This document shows, piece by piece, positions 1 to 13,100 of a stretch of 64,000 nucleotides of DNA. Position 1 is the first letter of the stretch; each line of letters begins with the position of its first letter. The notes under the pieces were generated by a model, which was given only the letters and a program-made list of their open reading frames with translations, was not told where the DNA came from and did no database searches. The stretch is taken from assembly GCA_964016885.1 (NCBI GenBank), contig OZ024752.1, positions 21,824,001 through 21,888,000 of the forward strand, written 5' to 3'. This stretch comes from Eledone cirrhosa (lineage: Eukaryota). A program made the position numbers and the translations under genes.

Positions 1-3000
1 GTGGTGTGAGGTGTTGTGTATATGTAACTAAAACCTGGTCTATTGGTCAATGAGAGTGGTGTGAGGTGTTGTGTATGTGTAACTAAAACCTGGTCTATTG
101 GTCAATGAGGGTGGTGTGAGGTGTTGTGTATGTGTAACTAAAACATGGTCTATTGGTCAATGAGGGTGGTGTGAGGTGTTGTGTATGTGTAACTAAAACA
201 TGGTCTATTGGTCAATGACAGTGGTGTGAGGTGTTGTGTATGTGTAACTAAAACATGGTCTATTGGTCAATGAGGGTGGTGTGAGGTGTTGTGTATGTGT
301 AACTAAAACATGATCTATTGGTCAATGAGAGTGGTGTGAGGTGTTGTGTATATGTAACTAAAACATGGTCTATTGGTCAATGAGTGTGGTGTGAGGTGTT
401 GTGTATGTGTAACTAAAACATGTTCTGTTGGTCAATGAGGGTGGTGTGAGGTGTTGTGTATATGTAACTAAAACATGGTCTATTGGTCAATGAGGGTGGT
501 GTGAGGTGTTGTGTATATGTAACTAAAACATGGTCTATTGGTCAATGGGATTGGTGTGAGGTGTTGTGTATGTGTAACTAAAACATGGTCTATTGGTCAA
601 TGAGGGTGGTGTGAGGTGTTGTGTATATGTAACTAAAACATGGTCTATTGGTCAATGAGGGTGGTGTGAGGTGTTGTGTATATGTAACTGAAACATGGTC
701 TATTGGTCAATGAGGGTGGTGTGAGGTGTTGTGTATATGTAACTAAAACATGGTCTATTGGTCAATGAGGGTGGTGTGAGGTGTTGTGTATATGTAACTG
801 AAACATGGTTTATTGGTCAATGAGAGTGGTGTGAGGTGTTGTGTATATGTAACTAAAACATGGTCTATTGGTCAATGAGGGTGGTGTGAGGTGTTGTGTA
901 TGTGTAACTAAAACATGGTCTATTGGTCAATGAGAATGGTGTGAGGTGTTGTGTATATGTAACTAAAACATGGTCTATTGGTCAATGAAGGTGGTGTGAG
1001 GTGTTGTGTATATGTAACTTAAACATGGTCTATTGGTCAATGAGGGTGGTGTGAGGTGTTGTGTATATGTAACTAAAACATGGTCTATTGGTCAATGGGG
1101 GTGGTGTGAGGTGTTGTGTATATGTAACTAAAACATTGTCTATTGGTCAATGACAGTGGTGTGAGGTGTTGTGTATATGTAACTAAAACATGGTCTATTG
1201 GTCAATGAGAATGGTGTGAGGTGTTGTGTATGTGTAACTAAATCATTGTCTATTGGTCAATGAGAGTGGTGTGAGGTGTTGTCTATATGTAACTAAAACA
1301 TGCTCTATTGGTCAATGAGGGTGGTGTGAGGTGTTGTGTATGTGTAACTAAAACATGTTCTATTGGTCAATGACAGTGGTGTGAGGTGTTGTGTATATGT
1401 AACTAAAACATGCTCTATTGGTCAATGAGGGTGGTGTGAGGTGTTGTGTATATGTAACTAAAACATTGTCTATTGGTCAATGAGAGTGGTGTGAGGTGTT
1501 GTGTATGTGTAACTAAATCATTGTCTATTGGTCAATGAGAGTGGTGTGAGGTGTTGTCTATATGTAACTAAAACATGGTCTATTGGTCAATGAGAGTGGT
1601 GTGAGGTGTTGTGTATGTGTAACTAAAACCTGGTCTATTGGTCAATGAGGGTGGTGTGAGGTGTTGTGTATGTGTAACTAAAACCTGGTCTATTGGTCAA
1701 TGAGTGTGGTGTGAGGTGTTGTGTATATGTAACTAAAACATGGTCTATTGGTCAATGACAGTGGTGTGAGGTGTTGTGTATATGTAACTAAAACCTGGTC
1801 TATTGGTCAATGAGAGTGGTGTGAGGTGTTGTGTATGTGTAACTAAAACCTGGTCTATTGGTCAATGAGGGTGGTGTGAGGTGTTGTGTATGTGTAACTA
1901 AAACATGGTCTATTGGTCAATGAGGGTGGTGTGAGGTGTTGTGTATGTGTAACTAAAACATGGTCTATTGGTCAATGACAGTGGTGTGAGGTGTTGTGTA
2001 TGTGTAACTAAAACATGGTCTATTGGTCAATGAGGGTGGTGTGAGGTGTTGTGTATGTGTAACTAAAACATGATCTATTGGTCAATGAGAGTGGTGTGAG
2101 GTGTTGTGTATATGTAACTAAAACATGGTCTATTGGTCAATGAGTGTGGTGTGAGGTGTTGTGTATGTGTAACTAAAACATGTTCTGTTGGTCAATGAGG
2201 GTGGTGTGAGGTGTTGTGTATATGTAACTAAAACATGGTCTATTGGTCAATGAGGGTGGTGTGAGGTGTTGTGTATATGTAACTAAAACATGGTCTATTG
2301 GTCAATGGGATTGGTGTGAGGTGTTGTGTATGTGTAACTAAAACATGGTCTATTGGTCAATGAGGGTGGTGTGAGGTGTTGTGTATATGTAACTAAAACA
2401 TGGTCTATTGGTCAATGAGGGTGGTGTGAGGTGTTGTGTATATGTAACTGAAACATGGTCTATTGGTCAATGAGGGTGGTGTGAGGTGTTGTGTATATGT
2501 AACTAAAACATGGTCTATTGGTCAATGAGGGTGGTGTGAGGTGTTGTGTATATGTAACTGAAACATGGTTTATTGGTCAATGAGAGTGGTGTGAGGTGTT
2601 GTGTATATGTAACTAAAACATGGTCTATTGGTCAATGAGGGTGGTGTGAGGTGTTGTGTATGTGTAACTAAAACATGGTCTATTGGTCAATGAGAATGGT
2701 GTGAGGTGTTGTGTATATGTAACTAAAACATGGTCTATTGGTCAATGAAGGTGGTGTGAGGTGTTGTGTATATGTAACTTAAACATGGTCTATTGGTCAA
2801 TGAGGGTGGTGTGAGGTGTTGTGTATATGTAACTAAAACATGGTCTATTGGTCAATGGGGGTGGTGTGAGGTGTTGTGTATATGTAACTAAAACATTGTC
2901 TATTGGTCAATGACAGTGGTGTGAGGTGTTGTGTATATGTAACTAAAACATGGTCTATTGGTCAATGAGAATGGTGTGAGGTGTTGTGTATGTGTAACTA

Positions 3001-3360
3001 AATCATTGTCTATTGGTCAATGAGAGTGGTGTGAGGTGTTGTCTATATGTAACTAAAACATGCTCTATTGGTCAATGAGGGTGGTGTGAGGTGTTGTGTA
3101 TGTGTAACTAAAACATGTTCTATTGGTCAATGACAGTGGTGTGAGGTGTTGTGTATATGTAACTAAAACATGCTCTATTGGTCAATGAGGGTGGTGTGAG
3201 GTGTTGTGTATATGTAACTAAAACATTGTCTATTGGTCAATGAGAGTGGTGTGAGGTGTTGTGTATGTGTAACTAAATCATTGTCTATTGGTCAATGAGA
3301 GTGGTGTGAGGTGTTGTCTATATGTAACTAAAACATGGTCTATTGGTCAATGAGAGTGGT
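1..3360. repeat. Tandem block duplication, period 1760 bp (32 monomers)
   Basis: Rare variants recur at offset 1760: TGTTCTGTTG at 421/2181, GGGATT at 547/2307, GAAG at 987/2747. The match ends near 1600/3360. Confidence 0.93.
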
Positions 3361-6300
3361 GTGTGGTGTTGTGTATATGTAAGTAAAACATGGTCTATTG
3401 GTCAATGAGTGTGGTGTGAGGTGTTGTGTATGTGTAACTAAATCATTGTCTATTGGTCAATGAGAGTGGTGTGTGGTGTTGTGTATATGTAAGTAAAACA
3501 TGGTCTATTGGTCAATTAGAATATTGTGAGGTGTTGTGTATATGTAACTAAAACATGGTGTATTGGTCAATGAGGGTGGTGTGAGGTGTTGTGTATATGT
3601 AACTAAAACATGTTCTATTGGTCAATGACATTGGTGTGAGGTGTTGTGTATATGTAACTAAAACATGGTCTATTGGTCAATGAGAATGGTGTGAGGTGTT
3701 GTGTATATGTAACTAAAACATGGTCTATTGGTCAATGAGTGTGGTGTGAGGTTTTGTGTATATGTAACTAAAACATGGTCTATTGGTCAATGAGAATGGT
3801 ATGAGGTGTTGTGTATATGTAACTAAAACATGGTCTATTGGTCAATGAGTGTGGTGTGAGGTTTTGTGTATGTGTAACTAAAACATGGTCTATTGGTCAA
3901 TGAGAATGGTGTGAGGTGTTGTGTATATGTAACTAAAACATGGTCTATTCGTCAATGAGTGTGGTGTGAGGTTTTGTGTATATGTAACTAAAACATGGTC
4001 TATTGGTCAATGAGAATGGTATGAGGTGTTGTGTATATGTAACTAAAACATGGTCTATTGGTCAATGAGAGTGGTGTGAGGTGTTGTGTATATGTAACTA
4101 AAACATGGTCTATTGGTCAATGAGAGTGGTGTGAGGTGTTGTGTATATGTAACTAAAGAATAGTCTATTGGTCAATGAGAGTGGTGTGAGGTGTTGTGTA
4201 TATGTAACTAAAACATGGTCTATTGGTCAATGAGAATGGTGTGAGGTGTTGTGTATATGCAACTAAAACATGGTCTATTGGTCAATGAGATTGGTGTGTG
4301 GTGTTGTGTATATGTAACTAAAACATGATCTATTGGTCAATGGAAGTGGTGTGAGGTGTTGTGTATATGTAACTAAAACATGGTCTATTGGTCAATGAGA
4401 ATGGTCTGAGGTGTTGTCTATATGTAACTAAAACATGATCTATTGGTCAATGGAAGTGGTGTGAGGTGTTGTGTATATGTAACTAAAACATTATCTATTG
4501 GTCAATGAGAGTGGTGTGAGGTGTTGTGTATATGTAACTAAAACATGGTCTATTGGTCAATGACAGTGGTGTGAGGTTTTGTGTATATGTAACTAAAACA
4601 TGATCTATTGGTCAATGGGAGTGGTGTGAGGTGTTGTGTATATGTAACTAAAACATGGTCTATTGGTCAATGAGAGTGGTGTGAGGTGTTGTGTATATGT
4701 AACTAAAACATGGTCTATTGGTCAATGACAGTGGTGTGAGGTGTTGTGTATATGTAACTAAAACATGATCTATTGGTCAATGTGGGTGGTGTGAGGTGTT
4801 ATGTATATGTAACTAAAACATGGTCTATTGGTCAATGAGAGTGGTGTGAGGTGTTGTGTATATGTAACTAAAACATGGTCTATTGGTCAATGACAGTGGT
4901 GTGAGGTGTTGTGTATGTGTAACTAAAACATGGTCTATTGGTCAATGAGAATGGTGTGAGGTGTTGTGTATATGTAACTAAAACATGGTCTATTGGTCAA
5001 TGAAGGTGGTGTGAGGTGTTGTGTATATGTAACTTAAACATGGTCTATTGGTCAATGAGGGTGGTGTGAGGTGTTGTGTATATGTAACTAAAACATGGTC
5101 TATTGGTCAATGGGGGTGGTGTGAGGTGTTGTGTATATGTAACTAAAACATTGTCTATTGGTCAATGACAGTGGTGTGAGGTGTTGTGTATATGTAACTA
5201 AAACATGGTCTATTGGTCAATGAGAATGGTGTGAGGTGTTGTGTATGTGTAACTAAATCATTGTCTATTGGTCAATGAGAGTGGTGTGAGGTGTTGTCTA
5301 TATGTAACTAAAACATGCTCTATTGGTCAATGAGGGTGGTGTGAGGTGTTGTGTATGTGTAACTAAAACATGTTCTATTGGTCAATGACAGTGGTGTGAG
5401 GTGTTGTGTATATGTAACTAAAACATGCTCTATTGGTCAATGAGGGTGGTGTGAGGTGTTGTGTATATGTAACTAAAACATTGTCTATTGGTCAATGAGA
5501 GTGGTGTGAGGTGTTGTGTATGTGTAACTAAATCATTGTCTATTGGTCAATGAGAGTGGTGTGAGGTGTTGTCTATATGTAACTAAAACATGGTCTATTG
5601 GTCAATGAGAGTGGTGTGTGGTGTTGTGTATATGTAAGTAAAACATGGTCTATTGGTCAATGAGTGTGGTGTGAGGTGTTGTGTATGTGTAACTAAATCA
5701 TTGTCTATTGGTCAATGAGAGTGGTGTGTGGTGTTGTGTATATGTAAGTAAAACATGGTCTATTGGTCAATTAGAATATTGTGAGGTGTTGTGTATATGT
5801 AACTAAAACATGGTGTATTGGTCAATGAGGGTGGTGTGAGGTGTTGTGTATATGTAACTAAAACATGTTCTATTGGTCAATGACATTGGTGTGAGGTGTT
5901 GTGTATATGTAACTAAAACATGGTCTATTGGTCAATGAGAATGGTGTGAGGTGTTGTGTATATGTAACTAAAACATGGTCTATTGGTCAATGAGTGTGGT
6001 GTGAGGTTTTGTGTATATGTAACTAAAACATGGTCTATTGGTCAATGAGAATGGTATGAGGTGTTGTGTATATGTAACTAAAACATGGTCTATTGGTCAA
6101 TGAGTGTGGTGTGAGGTTTTGTGTATGTGTAACTAAAACATGGTCTATTGGTCAATGAGAATGGTGTGAGGTGTTGTGTATATGTAACTAAAACATGGTC
6201 TATTCGTCAATGAGTGTGGTGTGAGGTTTTGTGTATATGTAACTAAAACATGGTCTATTGGTCAATGAGAATGGTATGAGGTGTTGTGTATATGTAACTA

Positions 6301-7165
6301 AAACATGGTCTATTGGTCAATGAGAGTGGTGTGAGGTGTTGTGTATATGTAACTAAAACATGGTCTATTGGTCAATGAGAGTGGTGTGAGGTGTTGTGTA
6401 TATGTAACTAAAGAATAGTCTATTGGTCAATGAGAGTGGTGTGAGGTGTTGTGTATATGTAACTAAAACATGGTCTATTGGTCAATGAGAATGGTGTGAG
6501 GTGTTGTGTATATGCAACTAAAACATGGTCTATTGGTCAATGAGATTGGTGTGTGGTGTTGTGTATATGTAACTAAAACATGATCTATTGGTCAATGGAA
6601 GTGGTGTGAGGTGTTGTGTATATGTAACTAAAACATGGTCTATTGGTCAATGAGAATGGTCTGAGGTGTTGTCTATATGTAACTAAAACATGATCTATTG
6701 GTCAATGGAAGTGGTGTGAGGTGTTGTGTATATGTAACTAAAACATTATCTATTGGTCAATGAGAGTGGTGTGAGGTGTTGTGTATATGTAACTAAAACA
6801 TGGTCTATTGGTCAATGACAGTGGTGTGAGGTTTTGTGTATATGTAACTAAAACATGATCTATTGGTCAATGGGAGTGGTGTGAGGTGTTGTGTATATGT
6901 AACTAAAACATGGTCTATTGGTCAATGAGAGTGGTGTGAGGTGTTGTGTATATGTAACTAAAACATGGTCTATTGGTCAATGACAGTGGTGTGAGGTGTT
7001 GTGTATATGTAACTAAAACATGATCTATTGGTCAATGTGGGTGGTGTGAGGTGTTATGTATATGTAACTAAAACATGGTCTATTGGTCAATGAGAGTGGT
7101 GTGAGGTGTTGTGTATATGTAACTAAAACATGGTCTATTGGTCAATGACAGTGGTGTGAGGTGTT
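2641..7165. repeat. Tandem block duplication, period 2255 bp (41 monomers)
   Basis: AACTAAAGAATAG at 4151/6406 and TATGCAAC at 4256/6511, both offset 2255. Variant order is the same from ~2641/4896 onward. Confidence 0.93.
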
Positions 7166-10100
7166 GTGTATATGTAACTAAAACATGGTCTATTGGTCAA
7201 TGAGAATGGTCTGAGGTGTTGTGTATATGTAATGAAAAAATGTTTATTGGTCAATGACAGTGGTGTGAGGTGTTGTGTATATGTAACTAAAACATGATCT
7301 ATTGGTCAATGAGAGTGGTGTGAGGTGTTGTGTATATGTAACTAAAACATGTTCTATTGGTCAATGAGAGTGGTGTGAGGTGTTGTGTATATGTAACTAA
7401 AACATGGTCTATTGGTCAATGACAGTGGTGTGAGGTGTTGTGTATATGTAACTAAAACATGTTCTATTGGTCAATGACAGTGGTGTGAGGTGTTGTGTAT
7501 ATGTAACTAAAACATGGTCTATTGGTCAATGAGACTGGTCTGAGGTGTTGTGTATATGTAATTAAAAAATGTTTATTGGTCAATGAGAATGGTGTGAGGT
7601 GTTGTGTATATGTAACTAAAACATGATCTATTGGTCAATGAGAGTGGTGTGAGGTGTTGTTTATATGTAACTAAAACATGGTCTATTGGTCAATCAGAAC
7701 ATTGTGAGGTGTTGTGTATATGTAACTAAAACATGGTGTATTGGTCAATGAGGGTGGTGTGAGGTATTGTGTATATGTAACTAAAACATGTTCTATTGGT
7801 CAATGACATTGGTGTGAGGTGTTGTGTATATGTAACTAAAACATGGTGTATTGGTCAATGGGAGTGGTGTGAGGTGTTGTGTATATGTAACTAAAACATG
7901 GTCTATTGGTCAATGAGAATGGTGTGAGGTGTTGTGTATATGTAACTAAAACATTGTCTATTGGTCAATGCGAGTGGTGTGAGGTGTTGTGTATATTTAA
8001 CTAAAACATGGTCTATTGGTCAATGAGTGTGGTGTGAGGTGTTGTGTATATGTAACTAAAACATGCTCTATTGGTCATTGAGAGTGGTGTGGGGTGTTGT
8101 GTTTATGTAACTAAAACATGGTCTATTGGTCAATGAGAGTGGTGTGAGGTGTTGTGTATATGTAACTAAAACATGGTCTATTGGTCAATGAGTGTGGTGT
8201 GAGGTTTTGTGTATATATAACTAAAACATGGTCTATTGGTCAATGAGTGTGGTGTGAGGTTTTGTGTATGTGTAACTAAAACATGGTCTATTGGTCAATG
8301 AGGGTGGTGCGAGGTGTTGTGTATATGTAACTAAAACATGGTCTATTGGTCAATGAGAGTGGTGTGAGGTGTTGTGTATATGTAACTAAAACATGGTCTA
8401 TTGGTCAATGAGTGTGGTGTGAGGTTTTGTGTATGTGTAACTAAAACATGGTCTATTGGTCAATGAGTGTGGTGTGAGGTGTTGTGTATATGTAACTAAA
8501 ACATGGTCTATTGGTCAATGGGAGTGGTGTGAGGTGTTGTGTATATGTAACTAAAACATGGTCTATTGGTCAATGAGTGTGGTGTGAGGTTTTGTGTATG
8601 TGTAACTAAAACATGGTCTATTGGTCAGTGAGTGTGGTGTGAGGTTTTGTGTATGTGTAACTAAAACATGGTCTATTGGTCAATGAGAGTGGTGTGAGGT
8701 GTTGTATATATGTAACTAAAACATGGTCTATTGGTCAATGACAGTGGTGTGAGGTGTTGTGTATATGTAACTAAAACATGGTCTATTGGTCAATGAGAAT
8801 GGTGTGAGGTGTTGTGTATATGTAACTAAAACATGGTCTATTGGTCAATGAGTGTGGTGTGAGGTTTTGTGTATGTGTAACTAAAACATGGTCTATTGGT
8901 CAATGAGAATGGTGTGAGGTGTTGTGTATATGTAACTAAAACATGGTCTATTGGTCAATGAGGGTGGTGTGAGGTGTTGTGTATATGTAACTAAAACATG
9001 GTCTATTGGTCAATGAGAATGGTGTGAGGTGTTGTGTATATGTAACTAAAACATGGTCTATTGGTCAATGAGGGTGGTGTGAGGTGTTGTGTATATGTAA
9101 CTAAAACATGGTCTATTGGTCAATGAGAATGGTGTGAGGTGTTGTGTATATGTAACTAAAACATGGTCTATTGGTCAATGAGTGTGGTGTGAGGTTTTGT
9201 GTATGTGTAACTAAAACATAGTCTATTGGTCAATGAGGGTGGTGTGAGGTGTTGTGTATATGTAACTAAAACATGGTCTATTGGTCAATGAGAATGGTCT
9301 GAGGTGTTGTGTATATGTAACTAAAACATGATCTATTGGTCAATGAGAGTGGTGTGAGGTGTTGTGTATATGTAAATAAAACATGGTCTATTGGTCAATG
9401 AGATTGGTGTGTGGTGTTGTGTATATGTAACTAAAACATGATCTATTGGTCAATGAAAGTGGTGTGAGGTGTTGTGTATATGTAACTAAAGAATAGTCTA
9501 TTGGTCAATGAGAGTGGTGTGAGGTGTTGTGTATATGTAACTAAAACATGGTCTATTAGTCAATGAGAATGGTGTGAGGTGTTGTGTATATGTAACTAAA
9601 ACATGATCTATTGGTCAATGAGAGTGGTGTGAGGTGTTGTGTATATGTAACTAAAACATGGTCTATTGGTCAATGAGAATGGTCTTAGGTGTTGTCTATA
9701 TGTAACTAAAACATGATCTATTGGTCAATGGAAGTGGTGTGAGGTGTTGTGTATATGTAACTAAAACATGATCTATTGGTCAATGGGAGTGGTGTGAGGT
9801 GTTGTGTATATGTAACTAAAACATGGTCTATTGGTCAATGAGAGTGGTGTGAGGTGTTGTGTATATGTAACTAAAACATGGTCTATTGGTCAATGACAGT
9901 GGTGTGAGGTGTTGTGTATATGTAACTAAAACATGGTCTATTGGTCAATGACAGTGGTGTGAGGTGTTGTGTATATGTAACTAAAACATGGTCTATTGGT
10001 CAATGAGGGTGGTGTGAGGTGTTGTGTATATGTAACTAAAACATGGTCTATTGGTCAATGAGAATGGTGTGAGGTGTTGTGTATATGTAACTAAAACATG

Positions 10101-13100
10101 GTCTATTGGTCAATGAGTGTGGTGTGAGGTTTTGTGTATGTGTAACTAAAACATAGTCTATTGGTCAATGAGGGTGGTGTGAGGTGTTGTGTATATGTAA
10201 CTAAAACATGGTCTATTGGTCAATGAGAATGGTCTGAGGTGTTGTGTATATGTAACTAAAACATGGTCTATTGGTCAATGAGTGTGGTGTGAGGTTTTGT
10301 GTATGTGTAACTAAAACATAGTCTATTGGTCAATGAGGGTGGTGTGAGGTGTTGTGTATATGTAACTAAAACATGGTCTATTGGTCAATGAGAATGGTCT
10401 GAGGTGTTGTGTATATGTAACTAAAACATGATCTATTGGTCAATGAGAGTGGTGTGAGGTGTTGTGTATATGTAAATAAAACATGGTCTATTGGTCAATG
10501 AGATTGGTGTGTGGTGTTGTGTATATGTAACTAAAACATGATCTATTGGTCAATGAAAGTGGTGTGAGGTGTTGTGTATATGTAACTAAAGAATAGTCTA
10601 TTGGTCAATGAGAGTGGTGTGAGGTGTTGTGTATATGTAACTAAAACATGGTCTATTAGTCAATGAGAATGGTGTGAGGTGTTGTGTATATGTAACTAAA
10701 ACATGATCTATTGGTCAATGAGAGTGGTGTGAGGTGTTGTGTATATGTAACTAAAACATGGTCTATTGGTCAATGAGAATGGTCTTAGGTGTTGTCTATA
10801 TGTAACTAAAACATGATCTATTGGTCAATGGAAGTGGTGTGAGGTGTTGTGTATATGTAACTAAAACATGATCTATTGGTCAATGGGAGTGGTGTGAGGT
10901 GTTGTGTATATGTAACTAAAACATGGTCTATTGGTCAATGAGAGTGGTGTGAGGTGTTGTGTATATGTAACTAAAACATGGTCTATTGGTCAATGACAGT
11001 GGTGTGAGGTGTTGTGTATATGTAACTAAAACATGGTCTATTGGTCAATGACAGTGGTGTGAGGTGTTGTGTATATGTAACTAAAACATGGTCTATTGGT
11101 CAATGAGAATGGTCTGAGGTGTTGTGTATATGTAATGAAAAAATGTTTATTGGTCAATGAGAATGGTGTGAGGTGTTGTGTATATGTAACTAAAACATGA
11201 TCTATTGGTCAATGAGACTGGTCTGAGGTGTTGTGTATATGTAATTAAAAAATGTTTATTGGTCAATGAGAATGGTGTGAGGTGTTGTGTATATGTAACT
11301 AAAACATGATCTATTGGTCAATGAGAGTGGTGTGAGGTGTTGTGTATATGTAACTAAAACATGGTCTATTGGTCAATGAGGGTGGTGTGAGGTGTTGTGT
11401 ATATGTAACTAAAACATGTTCTATTGGTCAATGACATTGGTGTGAGGTGTTGTGTATATGTAAATAAAACATGGTCTATTGGTCAATGAGAGTGGTGTGA
11501 GGTGTTGTGTATATGTAACTAAAACATGGTCTATTGGTCAATGAGAGTGGTGTGAGGTGTTGTGTATATGTAACTAAAACATGGTCTATTGGTCAATCAG
11601 AATATTGTGAGGTGTTGTGTATATGTAACTAAAACATGGTCTATTGGTCAATGAGGGTGGTGTGAGGTGTTGTGTATATGTAACTAAAACATGTTCTAAT
11701 GGTCAATGACATTGGTGTGAGGTGTTGTGTATATGTAACTAAAACATGGTGTATTGGTCAATGGGAGTGGTGTGAGGTGTTGTGTATATGTAACTAAAAC
11801 ATGGTCTATTGGTCAATGAGAATGGTGTGAGGTGTTGTGTATATGTAACTAAAACATGTTCTATGGGTCAATGAGAGTGGTGTGAGGTGTTGTGTATATG
11901 TAACTAAAACATGGTCTATTGGTCAATGACAGTGGTGTGAGGTGTTGTGTATATGTAACTAAAACATGATCTATTGGTCAATGAGAGTGGTGTGAGGTGT
12001 TGTGTATATGTAACTAAAACATGGTGTATTGGTCAATGTGGGGGGTGTGAGGTGTTGTGTATATGTAACTAAAACATGGTCTATTGGTCAATGTGGGGGG
12101 TGTGAGGTGTTGTGTATATGTAACTAAAACATGTTCTATTGGTCAATGACATTGGTGTGAGGTGTTGTGTATATGTAACTAAAACATGGTCTATTGGTCA
12201 ATGACAGTGGTGTGAGGTGTTGTGTATATGTAACTAAAACATAGTCTATTGGTCAATGAGAGTGGTGTGAGGTGTTGTGTATATGTAACTAAAACATGGT
12301 CTATTGGTCAATGACAGTGGTGTGAGGTGTTGTGTATATGTAACTAAAACATGGTCTATTGGTCAATGAGGGTGGTGTGAGGTGTTGTGTATGTGTAACT
12401 AAAACATGGTCTATTGGTCAATGAGAGTGGTGTGAGGTGTTGTGTATATGTAACTAAAACATGATCTATTGGTCAATGGGATTGGTGTGAGGTGTTGTGT
12501 ATATGTAAATTAAAACATGGTCTATTGGTCAATGAGAGTGGTGTGAGGTGTTGTGTATGTGTAACTAAAACATGGTCTATTGGTCAATTAGGGTGGTGCG
12601 AGGTGTTGTGTATGTGTAACTAAAACATGGTCTATTGGTCAATGAGAATGGTGTGAGGTGTTGTGTATGTGTAACTAAAACATGGTCTATTGGTCAATGA
12701 GAGTGGTGTGTGGTGTTGTGTATGTGTAACTAAATCATTGTCTATTGGTCAATGAGAGTGGTGTGAGGTGTTGTCTATATGTAACTAAAACATGGTCTAT
12801 TGGTCAATGGGGAATGGTGTGAGGTGTTGTGTATATGTAACTAAAACATGGTCTATTGGTCAATGAGAGTGGTGTGAGGTGCTGTGTATATGTAACTAAA
12901 ACATGTTCTATTGGTCAATGACATTGGTGTGAGGTGTTGTGTATATGTAACTAAAACATGGTCTATTGGACAATGAGAATGGTGTGAGGTGTTGTGTATG
13001 TGTAACCAAAACATGGTCTATTGGTCAATGCAAGTGGTGTGAGGTGTTGTGTATATGTAACTAAAACATGGTCTATTGGTCAATGTGGGGGGTGTGAGGT

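Noticed and set aside
1-165. Three monomers = 165 bp nucleosome/chromatosome phasing
   Set aside because: This is a numerical coincidence only; I see no trimer periodicity in the variants.
1296-1360. p53 half-sites AAACATGCTC and AAACATGTTC in variant monomers
   Set aside because: They match RRRCWWGYYY but are single half-sites 55 bp apart in minority variants, and the consensus monomer mismatches.
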